This document shows positions 13,137-28,205 of a stretch of DNA of 64,000 bases, one piece after another. Source of the DNA: Eledone cirrhosa (lineage: Eukaryota); contig OZ024747.1 in the NCBI GenBank assembly GCA_964016885.1, positions 28,520,001-28,584,000 of the forward strand, read 5' to 3'. The notes beneath the pieces were generated by a model that was not told where the DNA came from, made no database searches, and saw only the letters and a program-made list of their open reading frames with translations. Both the position numbers and the translations under genes were made by a program. Every line of letters begins with the position of its first letter. Position 1 is the first letter of the stretch.

Positions 13137-13377
13137 AATAAAATACAGAGTTACTAACTCATATTGATACCCTGCAATTAACAAGCTCAAAGTATAAATA
13201 CTGAGCATTATATAATATATGTAGAAATAAACACAGTTAATTATCTGTCTAAAATTACGAGGGTTGATAATTTATATCTTACGTTTGCTTCAGGTTAAAT
13301 TTATCAAACCAATGTGGTATTTCAACCCTCGTAATTTTAGACACACAATTTACTGTGTTTATTTCTACATATATTAT

Positions 13378-13462
<85 letters not shown>

Positions 13463-13685
13463 CATACATATATTTATATATATATACATACATATATATA
13501 CATATATATACATATATTTACATACATATATATATAAGAATTAAAATACTAGAGTGTGTTGGAGTTAAACACCCTCTTCATATTATAGAAATGACAGTAA
13601 AGATATAGCTCAATGTAATTAAACAGAGCCGAAGAATTATGAAAATAAACCAAAGAAGCCTTCAATACATCAAAAGTCTTTATTA

Positions 13686-13723
13686 GCCAACAATGTTTCG
13701 TCCTATTAAGGACTCATCAGGGC
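13686..13723 (-). ncRNA. Minimal hammerhead ribozyme motif
   Basis: Reverse complement of 14622-14659. Confidence 0.8.
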
Positions 13724-14621
13724 AAGTAAAGCTATAAGAAGCACTATCGGCCAATACTATACTATGTTTGTTATTTGATATTGAAGTTGTTATATCATAT
13801 CACTTTATGTAATCGTACTATAGATCTTAAATATTTACCGATTATTCGATGTACCCTTATGTTAAATTTTGTAAATTCTGTAATATGTTTATATTTTTAT
13901 AATTTTTATAATGTTTAGATAATATTTATTTATACCAATTGTATAAAAATTCGACCTCCGTCTGTTTTGTTACAACGGTATAGATATTTTTCCAGCACAA
14001 TTTTTTCAACACAATTCAGTTCCGTATGATATTTTTTTCTCACCCTGTGTGTAACTTTATATGATTTGTTAAGTTATATGCCAATATATTATAATATTGT
14101 TATTATAGTGTTATTGTAATATTTATATTGTTTGCAAATTGACAGGAGATTATAAATTATATAGTATATTATATATTATATTTTTATTTTTATTCATTTC
14201 TTTATCATTTTATACTGTAAATAATATATGTATTATATTTATATTTAAACTCTTAATAAGTATTAGTTTGTGTTTGTATTGATGGATATGTGTATTGATA
14301 TATATATATATATACATATGTATATATATATATATGTATATTGGGCCTTTTAATATTATTATTATTATTATCATTATCAATTATATTATATTATATTATA
14401 TTATATATCGTACTGTAATTCTCGCTTTATATCACCACTTGTGTTTAGTTTTAGTTTTTAGTTTTTGCATTGTACTATATTTGTAATATGGGTTCAAAAT
14501 GTTATTCACTTCCTTAGCAATTTTTACTTGATAATTTTCCTATGCTTTAATCTATGTATACTCCATATTCTTCTGAGTTTTTGGCTTGTATTGGCCGATA
14601 GTGCTTCTTATAGCTTTACTT

Positions 14622-14659
14622 GCCCTGATGAGTCCTTAATAGGACGAAACATTGTTGGC
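14622..14659 (+). ncRNA. Minimal hammerhead ribozyme motif
   Basis: GCC-CTGATGA-GTCC(TTAATA)GGAC-GAAA-CATTG-TT-GGC. Confidence 0.82.
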
Positions 14660-14704
14660 TAATAAAGACTTTTGATGTATTGAAGGCTTCTTTGGTTTAT
14701 TTTC

Positions 14705-14766
<62 letters not shown>

Positions 14767-14861
14767 CATATATTTACATACATATATATACATACAAATA
14801 TTTACATATATATATATACATATATATATAAGATCAAAAGATGGTTAAAAGAGTTCCATGT

Positions 14862-14928
14862 ATTTTATTATGCGCATTTCAAAAACAAATATCATCATGC
14901 AATAATATGTGTTTTCATCAGATAAAAT
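14862..14928 (-). ncRNA. Hammerhead ribozyme motif in the inverted pLTR
   Basis: Reverse complement of the 17829-17897 motif. Confidence 0.8.
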
Positions 14929-17297
14929 AGGAAGACATGATATGAAGGTTAAAAAACACTTGTGAATAGTGCAGTTTTAAATCAACATATGAAAAGTAGT
15001 TTTAGATTGATGTGTGATATTGGGAAAAAAAATGTTTTGAGGGGGGAGGGGTGGTTGGAAAGGATGAAAAAGAGGAGATGAGAGTAAAAAGTGGAGAGGG
15101 GGAGTATAATGAGGAAGGATGAGATAGGAGGAGAGATGGGTGATAGAGAGAGAGAGAGATAGCTTTTATAACTGAGAAAAATATATTGTTTTACATAGAG
15201 AGGTTGAAAAACCGTTGGAAGATAATAAAAACAAACTAAAATTTATTCAATTTGATATTGCCAGCTACTATTCTTCTATTTCGCCTTCACTTCTCAACAA
15301 TGCTCTATCTTTTGCATTTAAATATTCTGACATCACCACAGATGAACTTCACATCATTCTCACCGCACGTAAAACCATCCTAGAATTCAACAATGAATAT
15401 TGGACCAGAGCTGATACCTCTAACAACTTCGACATCACAATGGGAGCATCCGATTCATCCCAATTGACAGATTTAATTGGTATCTTTATTTTGAACTCTT
15501 TGAGTCGGAAAATTCCTCAACTGCGCGGTGGAATTTATCGTGACGATGGACTCTTTACTATCTTAAATTGCAACATAGTTAACCTTAATATTATTAAGAA
15601 CAATATACGTAATCTCTTTAACCAACATAACTTAAAAATTGAATTTGATAACAGCATCAAACTAGTTAATTTCTTGGATGTATCTCTTAATCTTGACACT
15701 GGCCTATATTACCCTTACCATAAAAACAATGAGAACCTAAATTATGTTAATTTTAGATCTAACCACCCCACTAATATTAAGAATGCTACAGTTAGTAATA
15801 TTGGAAAAAGAATATCTAACCTATCTTCTAATAAAAATATCTTTGATGCTAACGCCAATTACTATAATAACGCGCTTTCTAAAGCCAGCTATCCTGATAA
15901 AATCAAATATAGTAAAGAAACAAATTCTAGAAGATCTTACAGTAGAATAATTAACCATGATCATTCCAATAACTTTAATAAAAGACCTAGATACAAAAAC
16001 ATAATCTGGTATAATGCTCCTTTCTCCATCTCTATTAATAATAATATTCCTAAATTATTCTTTAGTGCCTTAAATAAATGCTACCCTCCCTCACATATCT
16101 ATAGTAAAATATTTAACAAACACACTATAAAATTTTCCTATTCGACATCCTCTAACATTTCCAACATTATCTCTAAACACAACAATAAAATACTAAATAC
16201 TAAATCTCTTCCTTCCAACACTGAATATCATAATAATAGTAATAGTACTCCCGACGTCATTGTAAACTCTAGGCTAATTTCTGCAAACACCAAATACAAC
16301 GTCAAACACAACTTCGCTAAATGTTCTTAATCCCATTCTAAATCAAGAAACTATTATTCCTATCGCAAATAACTTCTCCAATCCAATTTCTTCTATAGAT
16401 AACACTAGGTCACTCGTTAATAATCTCTCTAATCGCAATTGCAATTGCCCTGTTAAAAATAAATGTCCTCTCAACAACCATTGTCTTGATAAAACTTAAT
16501 CTAAGAATGTAAAATTATAACTGACACCAATTCCTTCACCTATTTTGGCTCCACTTCCACCTCCTTTAAAGCTCGTCTTTATAATCATCGTTCGTCTTTT
16601 AAATACCAACTTAAAAGAACCAACACGGCTCTCTCAGAATTCATATGGTCCTTGAAAGACAAAAATATTAAATATAACATCTCTTGGAAAAAGGTTTCTT
16701 CTGCTTTTCCCTACTTGAACAGTTCTCTATCCAAGACTTGCAATCTCTGTCTAAATGAAAAATTTACCATTATATCTAATTTAGATTCTATAATAAATAG
16801 ACGCACTGACTTGTTTTCTCTCTGCTTGCATAAATTCCACAGAACATTCCATAAAGTATACAGCTAATATCCTATACTTTATCAATTTAGAATCCTTTTC
16901 TCAAAGGCACATATTTATATATATACTTCTTTAAAAATATACCCATCTTTCTACCTTATTTCAAAGTTATTTATTATACATTATATAATACTTGTTACTC
17001 GTTCTATATCACTCCTATTTATCACTTCCCTTTCTTCCTTTTCCTTTTCTTTTCTTTTTCTTTTAATTTCTAACCCCTAATCTGTACCTTTTCTCACTGT
17101 GCCTAACATAGAAACAATTATTACACAATACAATATATTCTTACTTTATATCACATTGAAAAATCCCTTCGTAAACATAAACACATTTTTTTGACGTTAG
17201 ATTATTCATCCTCAATTCATTATTTTTTTCTCCCTTTCATCTAACTTATTCATGCTCATCTCACAATATATCCTTACTTACATTACTTTTGTTTTTT

Positions 17298-17475
17298 TAA
17301 TAATACATATCAACATTTTCTTTCCATCGCACATATTATTAAACCCTTAAATATTATTCTTAATACATATTAACATTTTCTTTCCATCGCACATATTATT
17401 AAACCCTTAAATATTATTCTTAATACATATTAACAATTTCTTTTCATCGCACATATTATTAAACCCTTCAATATA
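17298..17475. repeat. 60-bp tandem repeat, three copies, in the PLE 3'UTR
   Basis: taatacatattaacattttctttccatcgcacatattattaaacccttaaatattattct repeated with period 60. Confidence 0.9.
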
Positions 17476-17828
17476 CAAACCTTAACTTTACATTATTTTT
17501 CTCTTCGTTAATTTTCAAATTCTTTTAATTTATACATTATCTTCCAACGGTTTTTCAACCTCTCTATGTAAAACAATATATGTTTCTCAGTTATAAAAGC
17601 TATCTCTCTCTCTCTCTATCACCCATCTCTCCTCCTATCTCATCCTTCCTCATTATACTCCACCCCCTCCACTTTTTACTCTCATCTCCTCCTCTTTTTC
17701 ACCCTTTCCAACCCCCTCAAAACATTTTTTTTCCCAATATCACACATCAATCTAAAACTACTTTTTATATGTTGATTTAAAACTGCACCATTCACAAGTG
17801 TTTTTTAACCTTCATATCATGTTTTCCT

Positions 17829-17897
17829 ATTTTATCTGATGAAAACACAAATATTATTGCATGATGATATTTGTTTTTGAAATGCGCATAATAAAAT
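17829..17897 (+). ncRNA. Hammerhead ribozyme motif in the PLE pLTR
   Basis: ATTTTAT-CTGATGA-long stem II-GAAA-TGCGCA-TA-ATAAAAT; palindromic stem III ATGCGCAT and perfect stem I. Confidence 0.88.
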
Positions 17898-18180
17898 ACA
17901 TGGAACTCTTTTAACCATCTTTTGATCTTATATATTATGTATACTCCAGTCCTACAAACTGTAGAGTGCTTCTTATCCGATATCTGCATTGCTTTATTGT
18001 ACTACAATAAAACTCACCTCCTACATATATACATATATATATATATGTATATGTTTAGGCAGGGAAAATGCGGACATAAAATGAAATGAAATGAATATAT
18101 ATATATAATATATATATATAATATATCTATATATAATATATATATAATATATATATATAATATATATATATATAATATAT

Positions 18181-18212
<32 letters not shown>

Positions 18213-18223
18213 ATATATATATT

Positions 18224-18635
18224 GCCTAAGTACAAAGCGAAACCTACAGTCAGTATGCACCTCTTAACAAAAATACACCCCCGTCTCACTACCCCCACCC
18301 ATCCACACCACCCCTTTCGATGTAAAGTTATGTTGGTACCACAACATCCAGTCCGAAATAAATGAGGTCGTGTAGGTGTCACAACAAAAAAACACACACA
18401 GTCCACGCTGTAATGTGGCCGTGTAGGTAACACGGTAAAAACCTCCCAGTCCACACTGTAAACGTGGTTGGTGTTAGGAAGGGCATCCAGCCGTAGAAAA
18501 CCCGACAGACAGTCCTATACGAGCAAGACAACCAATCTTGCCTCAAGTGGGAAAATACCTGTCCAAACCCATGCAAGCGTGGAAGATGGACGTTAAAGAT
18601 GATAATGATAATGATGATGATGATGATGATGATGA
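18224..18635 (+). mobile_element. RTE LINE 3'UTR fragment with (GAT)n tail
   Basis: Matches the 3'UTRs at 22150-22545 and 47893-48183. Confidence 0.8.
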
Positions 18636-18689
18636 TACATATGTTTATATATATATATATGTTTATATATATATATATGTTTATATATA

Positions 18690-21350
18690 TGTAGCGACGT
18701 GGTTAGTCAGTCTAGTCACTACTTCTGATCAGGTAGAGAATAGCCCTTAGAAGGACTCTTATCGCATACGGTCTGATCATATCTGAAGATAGCCCTTAAA
18801 AGGACTGTTGTCGCATATAGCCCTTAAAAGAACTGTTGAGGATGGACAGACGAAAGCACAAGTTGAAAGGACGAAGCAAGGCGAGATGTAAATTCGATCA
18901 GCTATTTATTTTCACATGAAGCGACGATACGAGGTACAAGGCGTGTGTGAGTGACAAAGCGTGGCAGAGGTGAGGAACAACGATACGCGAGTTGACTCTG
19001 CCAAATGTCGACTGCTGGAGTGTTTGGAACCACTCTATTTATACAGAAACAATCGTTTGATGTTTAGCCGATGTGTAGGCGTTTATTCTGGTAGGTTTTA
19101 AGGGTTCTTTTGTTTCATGTTGAGGTAGCTAGCTAACAGGTAGATGGCGCTGTATATTTCACAGATGTTATTTCCGGTGGCTGTACATTAATCCCCTGCC
19201 AGATCTTTTGTACAACAAAAGAGCGAAATATCGTATAGTAATGGGCCAGTGGTGCATTTGTCATGACAATAGACCAAGGAGTGTCCAACACGTTGTGAAA
19301 TTTCGTGATCATCGAGTACAGGACAGAGTCGATGTAGAGATGATATGGCAAGATGTGTGTGTCAGGAAGATAAAAAAGAAATAAACTATAAAATGACTTT
19401 GACCAGATTTATGCAGACATGATGAATGAGCCTGTTGCAATTTGGTTTGAGCTGCCTGTGAATTGCGTGACAAAAAGTCTAACTGGGCTGTGAAGATAAC
19501 CGTAATGTGTGAACTGAATGGCCGTAAGCACGCTGCTAAAAGTGATGAATATTTTCAGTTCAAAATATTCCTTTTGAAATAAAATTAAAATTGGCAGTGT
19601 ATGTATAAAAAAAAAAAGGAAAGTTTTCGCCACGAGGAAATTTCAAAATGGCTACCACCAATTACTTCTCTAGTACCAGCCATCAGCAACACATGGCTAT
19701 CATCACTACCAAATACATCAGCAGCAGCGACAACACATGGTTAACTACTAACCAACACCAGGGAATAGCGATGTGGCAGCTTGTAACTTTACCGACGCAA
19801 CCACCATATCTTCTGTCTCGTTACCACAGGGACTCGAGAAATTAAGACAGTCTTCTCACCACTATGGCGTCAGACGTGACTGGCATATTGGTGACTCTAG
19901 GCTCTTCAACGACTTCGATTCTACAGAAGATTCACTGTGACTTTGCTTTAACAACAATAACTCTACTAGCTTCCTAGTAAGAGCGATCCCAAAGAAAAGA
20001 AAAAGCGAACTATGTGTTAAGAAATAATTATTTATTTCTTTTTTTTACAGGCAATGTTTGGACATTTATTTTTTTTAAACCGTATTATATGAAAAAAAAA
20101 TGTTATCATTGTATATATGACTGTATCATTTTCTTTATCATTGTATATATGACTGCACCCACACATTCTTTGCTGTATTACATGCCTGCATGTCTTTGAC
20201 ACACACCAACATGTTGTTCTTGGTGTATGATATTCAAACGTCATAAAATTCTGCGAGATCCTTTCTCACTTTGTGGAGACACCAAACATGCTATCGACAT
20301 TTTGCAGCTTAATTCACCTGCACCGCAACACGAGAATGCTAATTGCAGCTGAACTCAAACAGTTTCGCATCTCGTTGCATACTCGTCATCCATAACAACC
20401 TCCATCTTGTTACCTTACCCGACTCACTGGGAAAGCAACAAATGGAACTGGACCTGTCAGCATTTCCACCATTTCTAAGGATTCGCCAGAATTATGGAAT
20501 TTACATTTCAACTACTACCCACCTACAGATTCAACTTGTTTCTTTATTTTCAAGCAATCAGCCATTTTTTCCTGGCTGCCTAGCACTTTCGGCAATACAT
20601 CTGGGAGGTCGACATTTTCTCGCCTACCCATCATCTTCTTGCCAGCACTGGTAAACTACCATAATAGCTTCATCCACAGCTACTGGTACAACACTTACCA
20701 TTAACATTTAATGCAAGAACAGCAACTTCGCCCATGTCAGACTTTATCCGTTTTCTGTTAGACCTTTGGTGGTTACATATAAACTACAAAACAGCTAGTC
20801 ATTTGACACAGCGTCTCAACACGGCCCTTAGCGCCTCATTTTTTTCTTGCATGCATTCTTCTGTTCAATTATATTTTTTCACTGATGTGCTCTTTCAGCA
20901 TTTTTTCCTGCTGATTCAATAATCTGTATCGTCTTACGTCTAGAGGGGGAGTATTGTAGTGACCTACATTCCGCAGGCTCACATACATTCTCTGTGCGTG
21001 ATTTGGCTCAGCTCAGCCAATCAGCACCAGTAGAAGAGAATGTATCTCTACGCGCCCTCAGGGAAAAATTCCCACGTTGATTTGAAGAATCAGCCTCTCG
21101 CATCCCAAACTTCGAAGGAGCAGCACGTACAGCATGTGACGGTGAGATTTTGCACTTTGGCCTGCCGGCCTTCCTAGGGCCTGGCACATTCCCTTTTGTA
21201 ACCTCATTTTATGTGTAACTTCAACCATACAAGTTAACAAACATTATTTGTGCTGCAACAAAAATAAACATACATTTCATCTCTAATTTCTACTGTTGAC
21301 ATCATTATTATGTTACTCGTGTCTCAATAACATTTATATACTACGCTGCT
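18690..21350. mobile_element. Putative degraded LTR-retrotransposon relics
   Basis: TGTAGCG end at ~18690; purine tract agagggggag at 20942 followed by TGTAGTG and an AATAAA-containing ~400-bp LTR-like segment; no clear ORF. Confidence 0.4.
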
Positions 21351-21354
21351 AAAT

Positions 21355-21362
21355 ATATATGT

Positions 21363-21407
<45 letters not shown>

Positions 21408-22613
21408 TATATATATATATGTTTATATATATATATGTTTATATATATATATATGTTTATATATATATATATATATATGTTTATATATATATATATGTTT
21501 ATATATATATATATGTTTATATATATATATATGTTTATATATATATATGTTTATATATATATATATGTTTATATATATATATATGTTTATATACATATAT
21601 GTTTATATATATATATGTTTATATATATACATATGTTTATATATATACATATGTTTATATATATAAGTTCAGAGAGCTTTACCACTATTAGCAGCTAAAG
21701 CGTCCTCCCTAAAAATGAAAGGCAGGTTGTATGATGCCTGCATACGAACAGAAATGTTGCATGGCAGTGAGACCTGGGCATTGTGTGCAGAGGATATACG
21801 CAGACTAGAGAGGAACGAAGCTTGCATGCTCCGCTGGATGTGTAATAGTAATATACGTGAACGGCAAAGCATAAACGAACTAAGGGAAAAATTAGAAATA
21901 AGAGGGATCAGATGTTGTTTACTCGAGAGAAGGCTACGTTGGTATAGTCACGTGATGCGCATGAAAGACGACAGCTGTATAAAAAAAAGTGCAGGGCAAT
22001 AAAGATAGACGGTAGCCACGGAGTAGGCAGACCCCAAAAAACCTGGGACGACCTGATAAATTCCAACCTCACACACTTACACCTCTCCAAGACAATGCCA
22101 CTGGACCGAGATCTTTGGCGGTACTCAGTAATAGAGAAGACCCGCCTTACCTAAATACAAAGTAAAACCTACTACAGTCAGTAGGCACCTCTAACGAAAT
22201 ACTCCCCGTCCCACCACCCCCACCCCATCCACACCGCCCCTTTCAATGTAAAGTTATGTTGGTGCCACAACATCCAGGCCGAAACAAATGAGATCGTGCA
22301 GGTGTCACGACAAAAAAAAACACAGTCCACGCTGTAATGTGGCCGTGTAGGTAACACAGTAAAAACCTCCCAGTCCCACACTGTAAATGTGGTTGGTGTT
22401 AGGAAGGGCATCCAGCTGTAGAAAACCCGCCAGACAGTCCTATGCAAGCAAGACAACCACTCTTGCCTCAAGTGGGAAAACTCCCGTCCAAACACATGCA
22501 AGCGTGGAAGATGGACGTTAAACGATGATGATGATGATGATGATATATATGTTTATATATACACATATGTTTATATATATATATATATATATGTTTATAT
22601 ATATACAGATGTT

Positions 22614-22644
<31 letters not shown>

Positions 22645-22834
22645 GTTTATATATATATATATATATATGTTTATATATATGTTTATATATATATATATGT
22701 TTATATATATGTTTATATATACGTTTATATATATATATGTTTATATATATGTTTATATATATATATGTTTATATATCTATATATGTTTATATATATATAT
22801 CTTTATATATATATATGTTTATATATATACATAT

Positions 22835-22873
<39 letters not shown>

Positions 22874-23445
22874 TTTATATATATATGTTTATATATATAT
22901 ATGTTTACATATATGTTTATATATATATGTTTATATATATGTTTATATATATATATATATGTTTATATATATATATATATGTTTATATATATATATGTTT
23001 ATATATATATATATGTTTATATATATATATGTTTATATATATATCTTTATATATATATGTGTTTATATATATACATATGTTTATATATATATATATATAT
23101 ATGTTTATATATATATATGTTTATATATATATATGTTTATATATATACATATGTTTATATATATATATATATATGTTTATATATATACATATGTTTATAT
23201 ATATATATATATATGTTTATATATATACATATGTTTATATATATATATGTTTATATATATACATATGTTTATATATATATATATGTTTATATATATACAT
23301 ATATTTATATATATACATATGTTTATATATATACATATATATATATATATGTATATATGTTTATATATATCCATATGTTTATATATATATATATATGTTT
23401 ATATATATATATATATATATATGTTTATATATATATGTTTATATA
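21355..23445. repeat. (TA)n microsatellite arrays with GTT interruptions (21355-21665 and 22545-23445; many other TA/CA arrays across the window)
   Basis: Directly visible; source of the IY/YI-rich spurious ORFs. Confidence 0.95.
21666..22545 (+). mobile_element. 5'-truncated RTE LINE
   Basis: [27 protein letters not shown], then 3'UTR and (GAT)n tail. Confidence 0.9.
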
Positions 23446-26400
23446 TGAAAAGTGTAAGTTTCTACACAAAACGAAGGTTATAGAGAAAATTGAGGTTGGT
23501 AATGGCACATGGAATATATAAGAGACAGAATACTTTTTTGTGAAAAAACATATAATTTTATAAGGTAAGGAAAGAATAAAGGGTATAAAAAATGACCGGT
23601 TTCGATGGGTCTGCAAAAGCCATCTTTTCAAATGTTGATTAATATTAAGAAAAATTAATAATAAGAAGAGTTAAAATTTGAGATTTGAAAATCCAAGTAT
23701 AAAATTCAGTGTGGGATTTCATAGTAGTTTTCATCTTAGTAGCAGCAAGTTGACTGCTGTGTGTCTTTTTCTGGTAGTGAATGAGGAATTATTTGTGGGG
23801 AGTGGGTTTTTTTAAGGTCAGATTTAGCAATGGCCAGATGGCCAGCTGCTGGTCAGTGAGGGGGTGGAAGCAATATACATACATATATCTCCATGTGGTC
23901 GGTAGGAGAGGGGAGAGTGATAGAAAGGGATTTAGTGCACTTACACCTATATATACACATAACCTCATCCACACACACATACATATACATATACATACAC
24001 ATATATATATATATACACACATACATACACACACACATACATACACACATACACACATATACACATACACACACATATATATACACACACACATATATAT
24101 ACATACACATACATCCAGATACACACATATATACACACACACACACATACATACACACACACATATATACATACACACACACACATATATACACATACAC
24201 ACACATATATATACATACACATACATCCAGATACACACATACATACACACACACATACACATACATACATCCACATGCACACACATACACACACACATAC
24301 ACATACACATACATACACCCACACACATAGAGAAATGGCCTCCAAATATATATATATACATACATACACATATATTTTTTCCATAATATAAGAAGTTAGA
24401 ACAGTGAAATTAAAATACAAGTCATTCTGATCACATTGAGTTCTTCATGTAGATTGGGCCCCGCAACCGACAGTGGTGAATTCTGTGTGCGCATATATAT
24501 ATATATAGATATATGTGTGTGCACGTGCAGGGTTTAACATGGATGTGTTGGTCACACAAAGGCGTGGTATGTCAACGAATAAACCTGAGTCTACAGAATT
24601 GGTCTCTGGTCTTTAATAGTAGTGATAATTATATATATGCACATATACACACACATATCTGTCACTCCGTGCGTATGTGTGTTTATATTTTATGACAATT
24701 CTATTGGGGTGATAACCTGTTTAGTTTTGGTTTAAATTTGTTAAGGAATAGATTTTCTTTGTTTATTCTTTGTTGCTGTGTGAACGAATCTGAGCACTTG
24801 TAGAAGGGGAAGATTTTAAAGTTGGGTAGTGTCATTCCTGCGCAGTTCGCAATATGGCTGCTCAAGGGGATTTTTCTTGTGTTAGCGTCCCGGATTTGTT
24901 GGCGGTGGATGGTCATTCTTTTGTGTAATGAGGTGCCCGTCTGTCCTATGTAGTTGTGTTTGCACCCACCGCAAGTTATTGCGTAAATCAAGTTCTCCGA
25001 GTTGCAGGTGAAATTGTTTTTTACTGTAAATGTTTGGCCATCTTTAAATGTAAATTTTTGTCCTTCAGTGAGGTAGAGGCACATTCCACAGTTTGTTCTA
25101 CCACATTTGGTAACTGTAGGGTTGAGGATTGGTTTGGGTATATTTGGTCCAGTGAGAATGCGTTTTAGTGATTTGGGTTGTCTTTTACTTTTAAGGATCT
25201 TGTGTGTTTCAAGAATAGACTTCATTTTTACATCTTTAAGTAGGATGGGGAGGTTTTTGTGTAGGTGATCAAACATTTCGGTATTTCTGGGGTTGAAAGT
25301 GGATACATATGGCAGAGTGTGGTTTTCTGTTTTGGATTAAGTTGATGGGGATTTAGGTGTTTTGCCCTGTCTATTCCATTGTTGATTATTTCAAGTGGAA
25401 AGGCTCTTAAGATAAGGGTGTCTTTTAGTTCCTTTAGTCTTTGCTCCCGTTTAGGTGGATCTGATACTATGGTACATATACGTTTGACCAAATTGTAAGG
25501 AATGTTAAGTTTTGTATGTTTTGGGTGACTTGATGTGAAAAAGAGGTATTGCTTGGAATCTGTGGGTTTATAGAATATATCTGTATCTAATTTCCCGTCT
25601 ATTACAGAGATGAGAATATCCAAGAGGGCTAATTCCTTGGGATTGGATTCCATTGTGAATTGTATGTTATTATCTATGTTGTTTATCATGTTTTTAAACA
25701 TAGTAAGTGAGTTCATGTCTTCTTGCCATAGGATAAAGCAGTCGTCTAGATATCTTTTCCAATTGGCTTTGAGGTGTGTGTGGAAAGTCTCCAAATAAGA
25801 GAAGGGACTGACTGTATATTTGTTGTTCATGGAGTCCCATGACTAGGTTGGCATATGTGGGTGCTACTTTCGTGCCCATTACAGTACCTGATACTTGTCT
25901 GTATGTTGAACCATTTAATGTGAAGTAGTTATTTTGTAGGATAAAGCGGAGTCCGTCAGTGATAAAATCTTTGTTGATGCGTGTCGGTATTTCTGATGGG
26001 TGTGTGTTAAGCCAGTATTGGACTGCTGTTATTCCATAGTTGTGGGGTATGTTTGTGTAGAGGTTTATTACGTCAAAGGAGACAAGAATTGTATTTGCAC
26101 TTACTGTTTTAGGGAGGTGTTTCAGCATGTCAAGGTCATCTCGTATGTAGCTCTGTATATGTTGTAGCAAGGGTTTCAGTAGGATGTCCAGAAAGTTGCT
26201 AAGTCTGTGGGTTTCACATGTAGGGCCTGCTATAATTCGCCTGAGTTTTAGGTCTTCTGGTGGTGTTAGTTCAATGTAATTGTTGGTTGAGGTGTCACAT
26301 GCATCGTTTATGGGTTTACATTTGTGGAGTTTCGGTAAGCCGTAAAAGGAGCTTGTATTGCATTTGAAGTGGCTTATATAGTTAAACTCTTTTGTGGTTA

Positions 26401-27940
26401 AGCTGTTGCGGTATTTATTCAGTAAGGTCAAAAGGTTCCCCATTGTTTTGGTGTGTTTGTAGTTTTCTGTTTTTTCATAGTATGTGTTGTTTTCTAAAAT
26501 GTTAAGTGCGAGGGTCCTATAGTAGTCCGTATTCATAATGACAACAGTACTGCCTTTATCGGCTTCTTTGATGGTTATCTCAGGGTTGTTTCTAAGTGTG
26601 AATAATTCTTCCCATTCGCGTGTAGATAGGTTTGATTTCGTGTGTTTATTTGTAATTTTTTCATAGGGAAAGTTGGTGATGTGTTCGCAGTACGTGTCCA
26701 GTGCTTTATTTCTTCCCTTTTGTGGGCAGAAATTGCTTTTATTTCTAACCAGTGATTCGTCTTCAGTGTTGGTGTCGTTGTGGAAGAATTCCGTTAGTCG
26801 CAGCTTTCGGCAGAATTCTATGATGTCATCCTTCATTTCGGGGAAGTTTGGTTTACGTGGTGTAGGTGTAAATTTCAGGCCCTTACTTAAAATGTTGATT
26901 TGTGTGTTGGTTAGAGGTGTCTTTGAGAGGTTGATTATTTTTGGTTTCTCCTGGGGGGGGGGGGGGGGCATCGAGTATCCTGGTATTTCAGGCTTTTCCC
27001 TAAAAAAGGAATGTAGTTTTGTGTGTGATTATATTTTGTTGGTCTGTTGCGTGTGGGTCTGTAGCTTGTTGTTTCATGAGGGTGGATGTGATGGTGGGGG
27101 TGGTATGTGTTGTGGTTGTTAATGAGCAAGGGTTCTGTTGTTGGTTCATGTGGTCTGGGTGCGTTATTTCTGTGGTACAGAGTGTTGAGGTTGGGGGGTT
27201 GTCTTTTGTTGGATTGAGGGTGATGTCTGGTGTGGTTGTGGGTAAGTTCTGTTGTGATTTCAAGTGGTTTGGGTGGATTTCTTCTGAGGAATGTGGTGTG
27301 TGTGTTGTGAGTTGGATCTATGTTATTTCGTCGTTGGTTTATGTAGGGGGTATTTCTACAGAAACCTGTGTTGTGGTGGTTGGGTGTGTTTTTGGTGTAG
27401 TTGGCCGTATTTGGTTTGTGTTGGTGGGGGATGTGTCTGTGGTTAGTGTGTGTTGGGTTTGGCGGTGTAAATGTGTCTGTTGTAGTTCTTGTTATGTTCA
27501 AATGCTTTATAAAGGGGTTACCTGTTTGGTGTGTCCTTTTAAAGTCTTCTTCATATTTGAGGAACCAGTTTTCGGATTTTTCCCACCGTTTAAGGGAAAT
27601 AATTTCTGCATTCTCGCAGTCCTGTTTCCACGATTTGATTAAATTTTGTAGGGTTGTTCCAGAAAGGGACACACAGCAGTCAACTTGCTGCTACCAAGAT
27701 GAAAACTACTATGAAATCCCACACTGAATTTTCAAATCTCAAATTTTAACTCTTCTTATTATTAATTTTTCTTAATATTAATTAACATTTGAAAAGATGG
27801 CTTTTGCAGACCCATCGAAACCGGTCATTTTTTATACCCTTTATTCTTTCCTTACCTTATAAAATTATATGTTTTTTCACAAAAAAGTATTCTGTCTCTT
27901 ATACATTCCATGTGCCATTACCAACCTCAATTTTCTCTAT
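23446..27940 (-). mobile_element. Frameshifted Penelope-like element (Neptune-like) with inverted pLTR
   Basis: ORF pieces 26935-27672, 25694-26971, 25228-25830 and 24701-25276 carry LSKGLKFTP, FDVINLYTNIP, MGTKVAPTYANL, RYLDDCF, a Cys-rich linker and NLIYAITC..YIGQT; 23480-23765 is inverted at 27668-27940. Confidence 0.92.
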
Positions 27941-27957
27941 GTTTATATATATATATA

Positions 27958-28205
27958 TGTAGGTGTCACGACAAAAAAAACACACAGTCCACGCTGTAAT
28001 GTGGCCGTGCAGGCAACACGGTAAAAACCTCCCAGTCCCACACTGTAAATGTGGTTGGTGTTAGGAAGGGCATCCAGCTGTAGAAAACCCGCCAGACAGT
28101 CCTATGCAAGCAAGACAACCACTCTTGCCTCAAGTGGGAAAACTCCCGTCCAAACCCATGCAAGCGTGGAAGATGGACGTTAAACGATGATGATGATGAT
28201 GATGA
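27958..28205 (+). mobile_element. RTE 3'UTR fragment (duplicate of ~22300-22545)
   Basis: Near-identical sequence, including the downstream interrupted microsatellite. Confidence 0.85.

Larger units (their letters stand above)
14826..18025 (+). mobile_element. 5'-truncated Penelope-like element (probably Hydra-type) with an inverted pseudo-LTR at its 5' end
   Basis: ORF 15215-16330 has RT motifs FIQFDIASYY, MGASDS, YRDDGL and FLDV; frameshifted GIY-YIG and CNLCLNEK to 16867; 14826-15225 is the reverse complement of ~17535-17930. Confidence 0.9.

Noticed and set aside
21359-24420. Long IY/YI/CV/HT-rich ORFs here and at 31-32, 43-45, 48, 54 and 57-64 kb
   Set aside because: They are translations of stop-poor TA/CA microsatellites, not genes
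23592-27830. Active hammerheads in the Neptune-like pLTRs (23592-23634 minus, 27786-27830 plus)
   Set aside because: The core reads TTGAAAA instead of CTGANGA in both copies; counted only as degenerate
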